Source of the DNA: an uncultured archaeon
Lineage (GTDB): Archaea > Asgardarchaeota > Lokiarchaeia > Sigyniarchaeales > SOKP01
NCBI GenBank assembly: GCA_964486045.1
Contig: CAZALK010000012.1
Coordinates: 32,001 to 96,000 of the forward strand
DNA: 64,000 nucleotides
Direction of reading: 5' to 3'
Shown: positions 8,825 to 19,539 of the stretch, one piece after another
How positions within the stretch are numbered: position 1 is the stretch's first letter
Layout of the letters: each line of letters opens with the position of its first letter
Position numbers and translations under genes: made by a program
Notes under the pieces: model-generated
Seen by the model: the letters and a program-made list of their open reading frames with translations, nothing else
What the model was told of the DNA's origin: nothing
Databases searched by the model: none

Positions 8825-10534
8825 TTACATCATTCCCGGCATACCACCCATTCCACCTGGTGGCATACCGCCCATACCTCCCATCCCACCAGGGCCACCA
8901 GGGCCACCAGGGCCACCAGGGCCACCCATTCCAGGTGGAGGTCCAGCACTTCGTGCAGATGCAATTACGTCATCTATACGAAGAATCATTGAGGTTGCTT
9001 CGGTAGAGCTTTTAATAGCTTGAACTTTTACTGCAGTTGGTTCAACAACACCAACGGACATCATATCATTAATGACATCTCCAGTATCTAAATCAGTTCC
9101 AGCGAATTTATTGCCTTGTTGATGCGCAGCTCTCAGTTTCATGAGGGTATCAATTTGGTCTAATCCTGCATTTTCAGCTAAAGTTTTCGGGATGATATCA
9201 AGCGAGTCAGCAAAAATCTCTACAGCGAGTTGTTCACGACCCCCTAATGTAGAGGCATATTCTCGTAATTGAATCGCAGTCTCGATTTCTGGAGCCCCGC
9301 CACCGCCAACAATTTTTTGGTCTTCAACAACGTCTCTAACAACGCAAAGACCATCATGAATTGCCCTCTCCGCTTCATCTATGACAAGATCAGTACCGCC
9401 TCTTATAAGAATTACAACTGATTTTGGATCTTTACATTCTTCGATAAAAATCCAACTATCGTTCATAATTTTGCGTTCTTCTACTAAACCAGCAAATCCA
9501 AGTTTATCTTCAGTGATATCTTCGAGACCTGTAAAGATCCCTCCACCAGTAGCTTTCGCGAGTTTTTCGATGTCAGATTTTTTAACTCGTCGAATCGCCA
9601 TAATTCCTGCTCTTGAAATGAAATGTTGAGCAAGATCATCAATTCCTTTTTGGCATATGACCACGTTTGCTCCAGAATTTTTAATTTTCTCGACCATTGT
9701 TCTGATCATTTTTTCTTCTTCGTCGAGAAACTCTTGAATTTGCTCGGGTCTTGTAATTTGAAGTTTAGTATCAAATTCGGTTTTTTCAATTTCAATTGCG
9801 CTCTGTAAGAGTAAGATTTTAGCATTGTTGATAATTTTTGGCATACCTGGGCTTACAACTTCTTTATCTAGGATAATGCCTTTAATTAGTTTTGTATCGT
9901 CTATAGATTCTCCAGCTTTTTTCTGGATTTGAACCTTATCGATATCTGCTACCCAATTTCCCTCATCATTTTTTTCAGCAACAGCTTTAATTGCATCCAT
10001 ACATATAACAGCTAGACTCTCTTTTGATTCTGAAACGATTTTACTGGACATGCAAGTCATTGCACTATTTTTTAGACCTTCTTCATCATCGATGCCACTT
10101 TTAACTGACATTTTTTCAAGGATATCAATTGCTTTATCTGCAGCTTTACGAAAACCTTCAGTAATAACTGTTGGATGGATTTTTTGTTCAATCAATTTTT
10201 TCGCTCGTTTTAAAAGCTCACCTGCGAGAACAACTGAAGTTGTGGTACCATCTCCCACTTCAGAGTCTTGGGTTTTAGCGACTTCTACCATCATCTTAGC
10301 TGCAGGATGTTGTACGTCTATTTCTTTTAGAATAGTTGCTCCGTCGTTGGTTATGACAACATCACCAAACTGGTCTACAAGCATTTTATCCATGCCACGG
10401 GGACCTAATGAAGTCCTGACTGCTTCTGCGATAACGATTGCCGCAGCAATGTTATTCGACATTGCGTCTCTTCCCCTTGTTCTCTCAGTGCCTTCGCGCA
10501 TTATTAATACGGGTGTTCCGCCTAATTGTGCCAT
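8825..10534 (-). CDS. ths: Thermosome (group II chaperonin) subunit
   Basis: LGPRGMDKM, TNDGATIL, GDGTTT motifs; GGM-rich tail. Confidence 0.98.
   Translation of the reverse strand: MAQLGGTPVLIMREGTERTRGRDAMSNNIAAAIVIAEAVRTSLGPRGMDKMLVDQFGDVVITNDGATILKEIDVQHPAAKMMVEVAKTQDSEVGDGTTTSVVLAGELLKRAKKLIEQKIHPTVITEGFRKAADKAIDILEKMSVKSGIDDEEGLKNSAMTCMSSKIVSESKESLAVICMDAIKAVAEKNDEGNWVADIDKVQIQKKAGESIDDTKLIKGIILDKEVVSPGMPKIINNAKILLLQSAIEIEKTEFDTKLQITRPEQIQEFLDEEEKMIRTMVEKIKNSGANVVICQKGIDDLAQHFISRAGIMAIRRVKKSDIEKLAKATGGGIFTGLEDITEDKLGFAGLVEERKIMNDSWIFIEECKDPKSVVILIRGGTDLVIDEAERAIHDGLCVVRDVVEDQKIVGGGGAPEIETAIQLREYASTLGGREQLAVEIFADSLDIIPKTLAENAGLDQIDTLMKLRAAHQQGNKFAGTDLDTGDVINDMMSVGVVEPTAVKVQAIKSSTEATSMILRIDDVIASARSAGPPPGMGGPGGPGGPGGPGGMGGMGGMPPGGMGGMPGMM
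8886..8926. repeat. 9-bp tandem repeat (ccaccaggg x4.5) encoding the GGP tail of the thermosome
   Basis: Seen directly in the sequence. Confidence 0.9.
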
Positions 10535-10749
10535 TTTTTTTCACTTTTAGTTAATTTAATTATTGAGTAAATTTTTTGATAACTATTTTATTTATATAGA
10601 TCTCTAAGTCATAAAATTAAAAAAGTTTACGAATTTACATGAAAGATATTATGATTTAATAAATACCAGTAGAGATATAATAAAAATAACCCAAAAAATG
10701 GGAATTCTTTAACTATAGGCCAAGAATTAGGTAAGATTTAATGGTTGTT

Positions 10750-10911
10750 TTATTTAGTAAGTTCTTTTTTCTTAGGTCTTAGATCCTTACTATGGCATCT
10801 TCTACATTTCTTAGCTTTAGGAGGGTTTAAGGACCCACATTTACGGCACACACTTTTCTCCAATAAATGGTATCGGGCAATTCTTCGTTTCACTGGATCG
10901 TCAATCGGCAT
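10750..10911 (-). CDS. rpl40e: 50S ribosomal protein L40e (53 aa, not in ORF track)
   Basis: Manual translation [53 protein letters not shown]; CRKC..NP..A..CRRC....LRPKK signature. Confidence 0.95.
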   Translation of the reverse strand: MPIDDPVKRRIARYHLLEKSVCRKCGSLNPPKAKKCRRCHSKDLRPKKKELTK

Positions 10912-11103
10912 TTTTTCTCAGTTTTACTTTTCTTTTAGCTCCTTAGGATCTAATGTAGAATAAATCACTATAAGGGTGATTTCAAAAAGGTGTGATTCAA
11001 AATAAAATTTTTGATTAAAATTAAGTGAAATATAATAAAATTAAAATTTTATGATGAATAGATCTATTTAATAATTACATAATGAATGCTTAGATGAATT
11101 ATT

Positions 11104-11298
11104 GTGCCTAGGGAAATATTTGATGAAGAGAAGTTTATCGAGTTAGCAGAATATGCGGTCCATTGTCGTGTTAAGCGTTTAAGAGACGTAGTAAAGCTAA
11201 AGTTAAGAACTAAAAAATTTCTTTACACTTATAAAGCTGATCCTGCTACTGCAGAAAGAATTTTGAGAAATATTACCTGTGATGTAATAGAATTATAG
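11104..11298 (+). CDS. rpl38e: 50S ribosomal protein L38e
   Basis: MPREI...KLKLRTKKFLYT signature; GTG start. Confidence 0.9.
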   Translation: MPREIFDEEKFIELAEYAVHCRVKRLRDVVKLKLRTKKFLYTYKADPATAERILRNITCDVIEL

Positions 11299-11482
11299 GT
11301 ATCGAGTATTTTAGGTCAACTAATTTGAATCCTTAGTTTTTATCAAAACACGATCTATTAATATACTTTTAAACTATTAATGAAAAGTATAATTATAAAT
11401 TTTGAAATTTCATTAATTAATAAAGCTGTATTCAATTATTTTGAATAGAAACTTTTGAATTTAACTAACTATCCGAAATAAG

Positions 11483-12403
11483 ATGATCCAATCATTATAC
11501 ATTTTTCAGAGTAATTCTAAGAATTTACTCTACAATAAAAAATTTCAAAGCGACGAAAAATTAGAGATGTTTAGTTCTTTTTTCTCTGCTCTTCAAACTT
11601 TTGTATCTGAATTAACAGCAAGTAACACGGAATCATTAAGTACAATTGAGTTGGGGGAATTTTTTGTTCTTATTTCAAGAATTTCAGAAGCTTCATCTGA
11701 TCTGGTAATAATAATTGACCGGGAAGATATAAAAGAAGCTGAGAAAATGATCCCAATGATAATTGAGACTATAATAAGTCATATTGATTTGTTTATAAAC
11801 TGGGATGGTGATCCAGAAAAGCTTGAAATGTTTGATCTAAAAATCATACAATTAATTTTATCTAATAAAAAATTAATTTCTGAATCATCTTTAACAGCTA
11901 ATCAGAGTTCTATTCTGAAATCAATTTGGGACCAAAAAGGTGCTTTATCTGAGCAGATAAGAGAGAATTTATTGACAGAAAGAGAGAATTTAATTAATGA
12001 GTATTTAGGAGAGGAAAACTATCTCAAAAAATATGGGATATCTAAGAAATTAATAGAAATCTCAGAAAAACTTCATGATGATGAGAAATTTATCGAATAT
12101 CAAACTGAGGCAAAATCTCTAAGAGATGAAATAAGGGATCGAAAACTTAGGTTACAATACTATTTAGATAGAGTTATTGAGTCTATTTCCTATTCGAAAT
12201 TTGCAGAAACATATTCATACCTCTATTCATTTTGCTTAAAACTTAAAAATTTTACTGAGTCTGAGATAATTGAAAAATATAAATCGCTTGCTAAAACAAT
12301 TTTGAATAGAAAAAAAGTATCTAAACAAGAATTTAGAGACGCAATAAAAGAGGCGTCTATGATTGAAGATGAAATTAACAGATATCTGACTTTAGATGCA
12401 TAA
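11483..12403 (+). CDS. Longin-like N-terminal domain protein with helical C-terminus
   Basis: MIQSLYIF..LLY...FSSFFSALQTFVSEL...LSTIELG pattern, typical of Asgard longin-like domains. Confidence 0.6.
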   Translation: MIQSLYIFQSNSKNLLYNKKFQSDEKLEMFSSFFSALQTFVSELTASNTESLSTIELGEFFVLISRISEASSDLVIIIDREDIKEAEKMIPMIIETIISHIDLFINWDGDPEKLEMFDLKIIQLILSNKKLISESSLTANQSSILKSIWDQKGALSEQIRENLLTERENLINEYLGEENYLKKYGISKKLIEISEKLHDDEKFIEYQTEAKSLRDEIRDRKLRLQYYLDRVIESISYSKFAETYSYLYSFCLKLKNFTESEIIEKYKSLAKTILNRKKVSKQEFRDAIKEASMIEDEINRYLTLDA

Positions 12404-12597
12404 TACTTTTAATTTTTTCTGAATGTAAAACTTCTGGCACAATCTATTGGGTAAAATCTTTTTTATAAAAACAAGTTATGAATCTTTATCATAAAATTAA
12501 TTAAATATTTTTAATAGATATCAATTACATTAGACTCTACTAAAACTATTTGATGGAATAATTATAAAATTAATTCGTTCAATTTTGTAAAAATATT

Positions 12598-13110
12598 ATG
12601 AAGGTTCTTCCTGCTGATAAAACATGTATAAATTCGGGATTCTTATGTAATAACTGTCAGGCTAGACTTGATGCGGGAGAAATATCAGAATTCGAGATTG
12701 ACTTAGCTAAAGATCTTATTAAGCTAGAGGAGGGAAATGAAGAATTTGCCTTTTTAAAAGGTATATCATTCCATAAAGCGATAGATTTTGAAGACGTTGT
12801 AATAATTGTTGTAGGGAAGAGAGATAAACTAAGATTTACTCCAAGTCTAAAGAATTGGATAAAAGAAACGTATGAAATAGATGAAATACTGCTGGTCCAA
12901 AATACTAAAAAACCACGACCAGTTGTGGAAGCATTAATCAATCCATATAAGATAAAATCTTTGAATGAGATTTTTTTAGCTACTGGAGATGTTCAATTTA
13001 GAGCAGTTCTTTGGGAAGATGATAAAGATAATTTATTATTTACTAAGGAAGAACTTGAAGATTTGATACTCGAGCTAACAGGAAACATTACAAGAATTGA
13101 ATTTCAATAA
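12598..13110 (+). CDS. Archaeal NusA-like KH-domain protein with N-terminal Cys cluster
   Basis: CINSGFLCNNC...GEISEFEIDLAK motif; sits upstream of pth2-truD, a familiar archaeal context. Confidence 0.65.
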   Translation: MKVLPADKTCINSGFLCNNCQARLDAGEISEFEIDLAKDLIKLEEGNEEFAFLKGISFHKAIDFEDVVIIVVGKRDKLRFTPSLKNWIKETYEIDEILLVQNTKKPRPVVEALINPYKIKSLNEIFLATGDVQFRAVLWEDDKDNLLFTKEELEDLILELTGNITRIEFQ

Positions 13111-13157
13111 TCAATAAGATTTAATTTACCTCTTTCTTAATATTAAATAGATTTACT

Positions 13158-13514
13158 GTGGAAGAATTCAAACAAGTTATTTTAATTAGAAAGGATTTAA
13201 GTATGGGCACTGGGAAGAAATGTGTTCAATCATGTCATGCAAGTGTTTCGGCTTCAGATTTAGTTCGAGTACAAAATAAAAATGCTTGGAAAATATGGAA
13301 GAATACTGGACAGAAGAAAGTAGTGATTAAATTAAAAGATATGGAAGAATTGATAGAAATAACAAGGAAATTAGAATCTAAAAATATCCTGTTTTTTATT
13401 GTAAAAGATGCCGGGCTTACTCAACTACCTCCTGGTACTACAACGGCTGTGGGTATTGGACCAGTAGAATCCGCAAAAATAGATAAAATTACAGGAAATC
13501 TTAAATTATTGTAA
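13158..13514 (+). CDS. pth2: Peptidyl-tRNA hydrolase Pth2
   Basis: [38 protein letters not shown]. Confidence 0.96.
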   Translation: MEEFKQVILIRKDLSMGTGKKCVQSCHASVSASDLVRVQNKNAWKIWKNTGQKKVVIKLKDMEELIEITRKLESKNILFFIVKDAGLTQLPPGTTTAVGIGPVESAKIDKITGNLKLL

Positions 13515-13538
13515 GATTAATAGCAAGGGACATAGAAA

Positions 13539-14924
13539 TTGCTCGATCGAGATACAGATCTTTATATTTTTAAAGAAAATAGTGAAAAAGAAGTAGAAGA
13601 ATTTGTAGGGATTCAAAATTACGCTACAGATGGGCTTGATGGAATTGGGGGAGTGTATAAAACTCATCTTAAAGATTTTATTGTGAAAGAAATTGTGGAA
13701 AATGGAAGAATTCTAGACATAAAAGAAGATTATCCGAACCCAAATTTTTCAGAAGAATTGAATGATAGATTTACTACATTTAATTTAACAAAAGTCAATA
13801 TGGATACATTTGAAGCTGTAAATAAAATTAGTAAATCTCTGAAAATCTCAAATAAGTCAATTTCTTATTCTGGTTTAAAGGATAAGCGATCAATTTCCGT
13901 TCAGAGAATCTCAATTAAGGGTAATTATATCGAAAAATTACGGAATCTAAAATTACATGATATTTTTATTAGAAATGTCAATCCCACAAGAAAACCAGCT
14001 AAATTGGGAAGCCACTTGGGTAATAATTTCACAGTAATAATTAGAAATATCAAAAATACAAAAAATTTGAGATCAAATTCTCAAAAAATCTTAAAATTTT
14101 TGAAAGATTACGGTTTTCCTAACTATTTCGGGCTTCAGAGGTTTGGTAATGTTAGGCCTAATTCACATATAGTTGGATATTTTCTCTTAAATCACGATTA
14201 TGAGAATGCCTTTATGCAGTATGTATTAAAAACTTATTCTACTGAACCTGATCAATCAAGGAAAGCTAGAAATTATTTGAAAAGTGGGGTAGATTTCAAG
14301 GAGGTGTTGAAAAAATTTCCAGCAGGGCTATATTATGAACGAAAGATGATTGAATTTTTAATAGACAATCCTGGAGATTATCGTGGTGCCATATATACCT
14401 TATCCCATGATTTAAGGAGATTATTAATTAGTTCATTCCAATCATACATCTTTAATAAAATGCTCTCAACTCGAATACAAAAAGGTATATCTCTATTTAA
14501 ACCAATCTCGGGGGATGTTATTAATATTCTAGATGATTTTAATGGAAATAAATCATCGGTTACCTATATTTATGGTGGTTCATATGATAAATATCTGGAA
14601 CAAGCGCTTGAACTGAATCGAGCATCTATAGTTATACCGATTATTGGTAAGTTTACTAATTTAGATGAGTTTCCTTTGATGAGTGCAATTTTTAAAGAAA
14701 TAGCCAAGAAAGAAAAGATTAAGGATAATATTTTTAAATCGGGATTTGTAAATGAAGACGAATTTAAAGGTTCGATTAGGGCAATAACAGCTAAACCTCA
14801 GGATTTAGAAATGATAGAATTAACTGAGGATGATTTAAACAATGATGGGATGAAGATTAAAATTGAGTTTTCGCTTCAAAAAGGAAGTTATGCTACAATG
14901 TTAATTCGAGAATTGATCAAATAA
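13539..14924 (+). CDS. truD: tRNA pseudouridine(13) synthase TruD/Pus7
   Basis: DFIVKE, SGLKDKRSIS.Q, GNNF, FPNYFGLQRFG, GSYATMLIRE. Confidence 0.96.
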   Translation: MLDRDTDLYIFKENSEKEVEEFVGIQNYATDGLDGIGGVYKTHLKDFIVKEIVENGRILDIKEDYPNPNFSEELNDRFTTFNLTKVNMDTFEAVNKISKSLKISNKSISYSGLKDKRSISVQRISIKGNYIEKLRNLKLHDIFIRNVNPTRKPAKLGSHLGNNFTVIIRNIKNTKNLRSNSQKILKFLKDYGFPNYFGLQRFGNVRPNSHIVGYFLLNHDYENAFMQYVLKTYSTEPDQSRKARNYLKSGVDFKEVLKKFPAGLYYERKMIEFLIDNPGDYRGAIYTLSHDLRRLLISSFQSYIFNKMLSTRIQKGISLFKPISGDVINILDDFNGNKSSVTYIYGGSYDKYLEQALELNRASIVIPIIGKFTNLDEFPLMSAIFKEIAKKEKIKDNIFKSGFVNEDEFKGSIRAITAKPQDLEMIELTEDDLNNDGMKIKIEFSLQKGSYATMLIRELIK

Positions 14925-14926
14925 AA

Positions 14927-16354
14927 TTAAACCTTAATTTTACATGATTTTACTATCTGTGTTCCAAAAATGTCAATCATTTTGACTGACAAATTAAAAA
15001 TTCCTGGTTTTTGATATACGTGTGGTTCAGATGTTAACTTCAATCTCCTTTTCTTCGGAGTCCTAAAGGAAATCCACATATTAGTAAAATAACGATCTTT
15101 TCTATCATAATCAATAGCCCAATAGTCTATCCAATCTGAAAAAGTTATGATTTTTTCTTTTATTTTTAGAGGAGTAATTTTATTTTTAGGAACTACGTAG
15201 TTTGACAACTGAACAGTTACAACATTACCATCCTGTTGAATATCTAATATTAGGTTTGAAGACTTTTGATTCTGGTCTGAATTTCCATTCATTACAGAAA
15301 TCTGAAAAGAATGAGGATGTTTATTATATTCTTGTTTCCAATTCAATATATCATTACTTGCTTTTATATTAAGAACTCGCTTTTTGGACATGTGGATAGC
15401 TTGATAATTTGAATCACATCCCATCCATCGTCTACCAAGTTTTTCTGCAACTGATAAAGTTGTACCAGAACCGCAAAAGAAATCTGCTAAAAGATCTCCC
15501 TCATTAGTTGATGCTAAAATAATTCTCTTTAAAAGTCGTTCTGGTTTTTGAGTAGAAAAACCTTGATACTCATTGACATTTGCCCTAATATAAGGAATAT
15601 CATTCCAGACATCCCTTGGGAAAATTCCCTCATGTTTTATATAAACCTTCCGAGATAATTTTTTTCCATTATGGCTACCTCCTCGATAGTAGAATATTCC
15701 ATGCTCATCTTTTTTTAAAGCATTCTTTACTCGATTTGAGTACTCCATATATATATTTGGATCATCATTAAAAACAAAATCATCTGATTTAGTATAGAAA
15801 AGGATAGTATCATAGGATCTAATAAAAAATCGTCTAGTTTTAGCTGAAGCAGCGGGATAAGCCCATACTATCTCATTTCTGAAATTGTCAATGCCAAATA
15901 TTTCATCCATTATCAATTTTATGTAATGAGAGATATGCCAGTCTAAATGAACATAAATAGATCCATTAGTAGTTAGAAGTTTTTTCATTAGAACTAATCT
16001 TTCTTGTAAAAATCTTAAGTAAGAGTCTATTCCCTTTTCCCATTTATCTATATAGGCAATTTCATTAATAAATTCTCCATTTTCACCTATTTGAATCTTA
16101 AGGTTGAAGTCTCCACCAGTTGCAAAGGGAGGATCGATGTAAATAAGAGCTATTTTATCGTTAAATTTACTCAGTAGAGAACTCATTACAGCTTTATTTT
16201 CTCCCCAAATCAATAAATTTTTCCATTTTTCTTCTGAATTGAGGTCAGTTCTAATTGAAGGGAAAAGATCAAGAATATGGAATGGTTTTTTATCATATTT
16301 TTTTGAATAAATTTCTTCTTTTTCCACTTTTCCATTCCATTTCAAATTTACCAT
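14927..16354 (-). CDS. Orphan beta-class N6/N4 DNA methyltransferase (Mod-like)
   Basis: IYIDPPF precedes TQKPE and DFFCGSGTT. Start re-assigned to ATG 16354 (MVNLKW). Confidence 0.92.
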   Translation of the reverse strand: MVNLKWNGKVEKEEIYSKKYDKKPFHILDLFPSIRTDLNSEEKWKNLLIWGENKAVMSSLLSKFNDKIALIYIDPPFATGGDFNLKIQIGENGEFINEIAYIDKWEKGIDSYLRFLQERLVLMKKLLTTNGSIYVHLDWHISHYIKLIMDEIFGIDNFRNEIVWAYPAASAKTRRFFIRSYDTILFYTKSDDFVFNDDPNIYMEYSNRVKNALKKDEHGIFYYRGGSHNGKKLSRKVYIKHEGIFPRDVWNDIPYIRANVNEYQGFSTQKPERLLKRIILASTNEGDLLADFFCGSGTTLSVAEKLGRRWMGCDSNYQAIHMSKKRVLNIKASNDILNWKQEYNKHPHSFQISVMNGNSDQNQKSSNLILDIQQDGNVVTVQLSNYVVPKNKITPLKIKEKIITFSDWIDYWAIDYDRKDRYFTNMWISFRTPKKRRLKLTSEPHVYQKPGIFNLSVKMIDIFGTQIVKSCKIKV

Positions 16355-16445
16355 AAATATAAGATAAGAAGGCAAAAATTTTATTTTTACTTTAACTATA
16401 AAAATTATATTTTTTTTTAAAAATAAGACAAGTTGATTCAAATTT

Positions 16446-17765
16446 ATGCTTAATGAATTAGGAGATTGGAGAAAGACTCATTTTACTAAGGATGTAACTG
16501 AAGAATTAGTTGGTGAAGTAGTTACATTAGGAGGTTGGGTTCGAAATTATAGAGATCTGGGAGGCTTAAAGTTTATCAGCCTTCAGGATATTTACGGAGA
16601 ACGTCAGATCACACTGAAAAAAGGTGTAGTTTCTGATGAAATATTTGAAACTACAAAAGTTGGATACCAATATTGTATTATGATACGAGGTAAAGTTGAG
16701 AAGTTTGAAAAGGCACCCGGTGGAATTGAAATCATCCCTTCAGAAATAAAAATTTTGAACAAAACTCCAGAAAAGCTTCCAATCGATATGACCGGTGAAA
16801 CAACTTCTGAGTTAGATTTAAGGTTAAATAATCGAGCGTTAGACTTGAGATCTGTAAGAAATCAAGCAGTTTTTTCAATTAGGGGAGAAATCTTAAAATC
16901 TACAAGAGATTTTTTGTTTAAACATGATTTTAAAGAGATCTACACTCCAAAAATAATTGGATCAGCAACAGAAGGAGGAACCGAACTTTTTCCAATAATG
17001 TATTTTGATAGAGAAGCATTTCTTACACAATCTGCGCAACTATATAAGGAGCAATTGAGCGGGGTATTTGAGAGGGTTTTTGAGATCGGTCCGAGTTTTC
17101 GAGCTGAAAAATCCCATACAAAAAGGCATCTATGTGAAATTGTTCAGTTAGATATTGAAATGGCATTCGTAACGATGGGTGACGTACTTAAATTATTAGA
17201 AGAACTTGTACATTATGTAATTACTATCATCAGAAAAAATCAATTCAATGCTATGAAGATCTTAAGAGTGGAAGAAAAAACAGTAATTCCTGAACTCCCT
17301 TTCCCGAGATATACCTATAGCGAGATCATTGATATTCTCAAATCAAAATGTAGGATTGATCTTGAATGGGGGGAAGATCTATCCACAGAAGCTAACCGAA
17401 AGCTTGGTGAAGAATTACCTGGATATTATTATATTACTCATTGGCCAATGATAATAAAACCTTTTTATATTATGCCATCAAAAGACCCAAAGTATAGCGA
17501 ATCCTTTGACTTACAAAAGGGATGGTTGGAACTAACTTCGGGAGGAACTAGAGTACATAATAAGAATCAGTTAACGGCAGCCATTGAGAGTAAGGGGTTA
17601 AACCCAATCTCATTTGAATCTCATCTTAAAACTTTTGATTATGGAATGCCCCCGCATGCAGGACTTGGTTTAGGAATAGCTCGTTGGTTAACAATATTAT
17701 GTGATCTAGATGATATTAGAGAAGCAGTCATGTATCCTCGAACACCTGAACGATTAACACCTTAG
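16446..17765 (+). CDS. aspS: Aspartate-tRNA ligase (archaeal type)
   Basis: OB-fold N-terminus, EGGTELF, QSAQLYKE, FRAEKS, GMPPHAGLGLG. Confidence 0.95.
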   Translation: MLNELGDWRKTHFTKDVTEELVGEVVTLGGWVRNYRDLGGLKFISLQDIYGERQITLKKGVVSDEIFETTKVGYQYCIMIRGKVEKFEKAPGGIEIIPSEIKILNKTPEKLPIDMTGETTSELDLRLNNRALDLRSVRNQAVFSIRGEILKSTRDFLFKHDFKEIYTPKIIGSATEGGTELFPIMYFDREAFLTQSAQLYKEQLSGVFERVFEIGPSFRAEKSHTKRHLCEIVQLDIEMAFVTMGDVLKLLEELVHYVITIIRKNQFNAMKILRVEEKTVIPELPFPRYTYSEIIDILKSKCRIDLEWGEDLSTEANRKLGEELPGYYYITHWPMIIKPFYIMPSKDPKYSESFDLQKGWLELTSGGTRVHNKNQLTAAIESKGLNPISFESHLKTFDYGMPPHAGLGLGIARWLTILCDLDDIREAVMYPRTPERLTP

Positions 17766-17798
17766 TAAGATATTAATGATGTTGAAAACTATTTAAAA

Positions 17799-18716
17799 AT
17801 GAATGACTCAAATATTCAAGACTATATTAAAGCCGGAAAAGGAGTTATTGCTGCTAAAAAACTAGCAAAAAAGATTATTAAGCCAGGAGTAACTTTATTA
17901 GAAATTGCTAATAGATGCGAAGCAGAAGTCATCAAAAATGGGTGCGAATTATCATTTCCTATTAATTTATCATTAAATGAAATTGCTGCTCATTATAGTC
18001 CACCAATAGGAGATCGAACGATTGTTCCTGAAAATGGACTTTTAAAAATTGATATTGGCTCTCATTTTAATGGTTATATTGCGGATTCAGCTTTTACTAT
18101 TAATATTGATGAAGATCCGATCTTACAAAACTATGTTGATGCTGCAAAGGAAGCTCTTGATGCTGCTATAGAATTATTTACCCCCGGAATCAAATTATAC
18201 GAACTGGGAGAAAGAATTGCTCAAAAAATTATTAATCGTGGACTTAGGCCTATCACAAATCTTGGTGGTCATGAATTGAAGCAGTTTACTTTACATGCTG
18301 GACCTTTTATTCCAAATTATAAAGAGAGATTACATAATCAGTTATTAAAACCAGGAGATGCTTATGCGTGTGAACCATTTGCTACCTCTGGTGTTGGTAA
18401 AGTTGAAAATGGAAACATATCTTATATTTTCCGATTTGTAAGAAAAGTTAAGAGAAATGTGTCCTATGAGCATCAAGGATATATGAATAAAATTCAAAAA
18501 AATTTTGGTAATCTCCCCTTTTCTCCACGCTGGATAAATAATAACAAGATTATACCAAATGATAAAATCACTAGAACGATTGAATCATTTATTGGAAAGA
18601 AAATTTTGGATAAATATCCTATCTTACTAGAAAGAGCTAGAGAACCTGTAGCTCAAGAAGAACATACAATTATATTGGATAAAGATGGAAATAAAATTGT
18701 CACTACTAAAGAGTAA
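17799..18716 (+). CDS. map: Methionine aminopeptidase type II
   Basis: AAHYSP, KIDIG, IADSA, GH...LHAG, ACEPF, AQEEHT. Confidence 0.96.
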   Translation: MNDSNIQDYIKAGKGVIAAKKLAKKIIKPGVTLLEIANRCEAEVIKNGCELSFPINLSLNEIAAHYSPPIGDRTIVPENGLLKIDIGSHFNGYIADSAFTINIDEDPILQNYVDAAKEALDAAIELFTPGIKLYELGERIAQKIINRGLRPITNLGGHELKQFTLHAGPFIPNYKERLHNQLLKPGDAYACEPFATSGVGKVENGNISYIFRFVRKVKRNVSYEHQGYMNKIQKNFGNLPFSPRWINNNKIIPNDKITRTIESFIGKKILDKYPILLERAREPVAQEEHTIILDKDGNKIVTTKE

Positions 18717-19539
18717 TTTTATAGATACCATAAAAACTATAATTCTTTGTGCTGGAGAAGGAACCCGCATTAGGAATTTTTTTCCTAATATACCAAAACC
18801 ATTAATAAAAATAAATCATGAACCAATTCTTTGGTCCTTGATCTCCAATTTAATAAAATCATACATTACTTCAATTATAGTAGTAACTGGGCATTTAAAT
18901 GAACAAATTGAAAGCTATTTAAAACTAATCATACAAAAAGACGAGTCACTTAAAAGCAAGATTTTGATCATTAATTCAGGAGATGATTATAAAAAAGGAC
19001 CATTATATTCCTTCCTATCAACTACAAGAGAAAAAGGAATTCTAAAAAAAGATTTAATATATCTCGTTTTTCCAGGTGACACTTATTTTGAATCCAATTT
19101 AATTAAAGAATTAATCACATCCATTGATAATGACTCTAATTTTATCAAAAACAACTCGGTTATCTTCTATCAGGAATTACCGGGAAAGAGCCTAAAAAAT
19201 ACCACTAATTTGAATAAATCAATCTCAATTATTAAAACTGAAGAACTAGATTCATTGGAAATAGTAAAAGAAATCAGTCAATTAGATGTTACTTCAATTA
19301 GTGAAAGTGCATATTATAAACAGATCATACCTTTATTTGTATTTAATTATAAATTCATTGAAAAGATAATTGAAACCGAAACTAAAGCTTCTGTAAAAAC
19401 TATAAGAGAAATTATCAATATATTAATCCAAGGAAAACAGATACTTTATACATACTGCCTAAAATCAGACAATAGATTTTTTGATATTGATACTAGATCC
19501 GATTATTTAAGGATAAATCAAGAAAAAAGAGGACAATAG
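18685..19539 (+). CDS. NTP-transferase family (sugar-phosphate nucleotidyltransferase-like) protein
   Basis: LCAGEGTR...PKPL, PGD, FFDIDT motifs. Confidence 0.8.
   Translation: MEIKLSLLKSNFIDTIKTIILCAGEGTRIRNFFPNIPKPLIKINHEPILWSLISNLIKSYITSIIVVTGHLNEQIESYLKLIIQKDESLKSKILIINSGDDYKKGPLYSFLSTTREKGILKKDLIYLVFPGDTYFESNLIKELITSIDNDSNFIKNNSVIFYQELPGKSLKNTTNLNKSISIIKTEELDSLEIVKEISQLDVTSISESAYYKQIIPLFVFNYKFIEKIIETETKASVKTIREIINILIQGKQILYTYCLKSDNRFFDIDTRSDYLRINQEKRGQ
19519..19528 (-). terminator. Oligo-T terminator of the putative ncRNA
   Basis: TTTTTTCTT on the minus strand directly at the end of the terminal helix. Confidence 0.5.

Noticed and set aside
8821-9006. ORF with GHQ repeats
   Set aside because: Antisense reading of the thermosome GGP/GGM tail.
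10745-10963. 72-aa plus-strand ORF
   Set aside because: Antisense to the clearly recognisable rpl40e.
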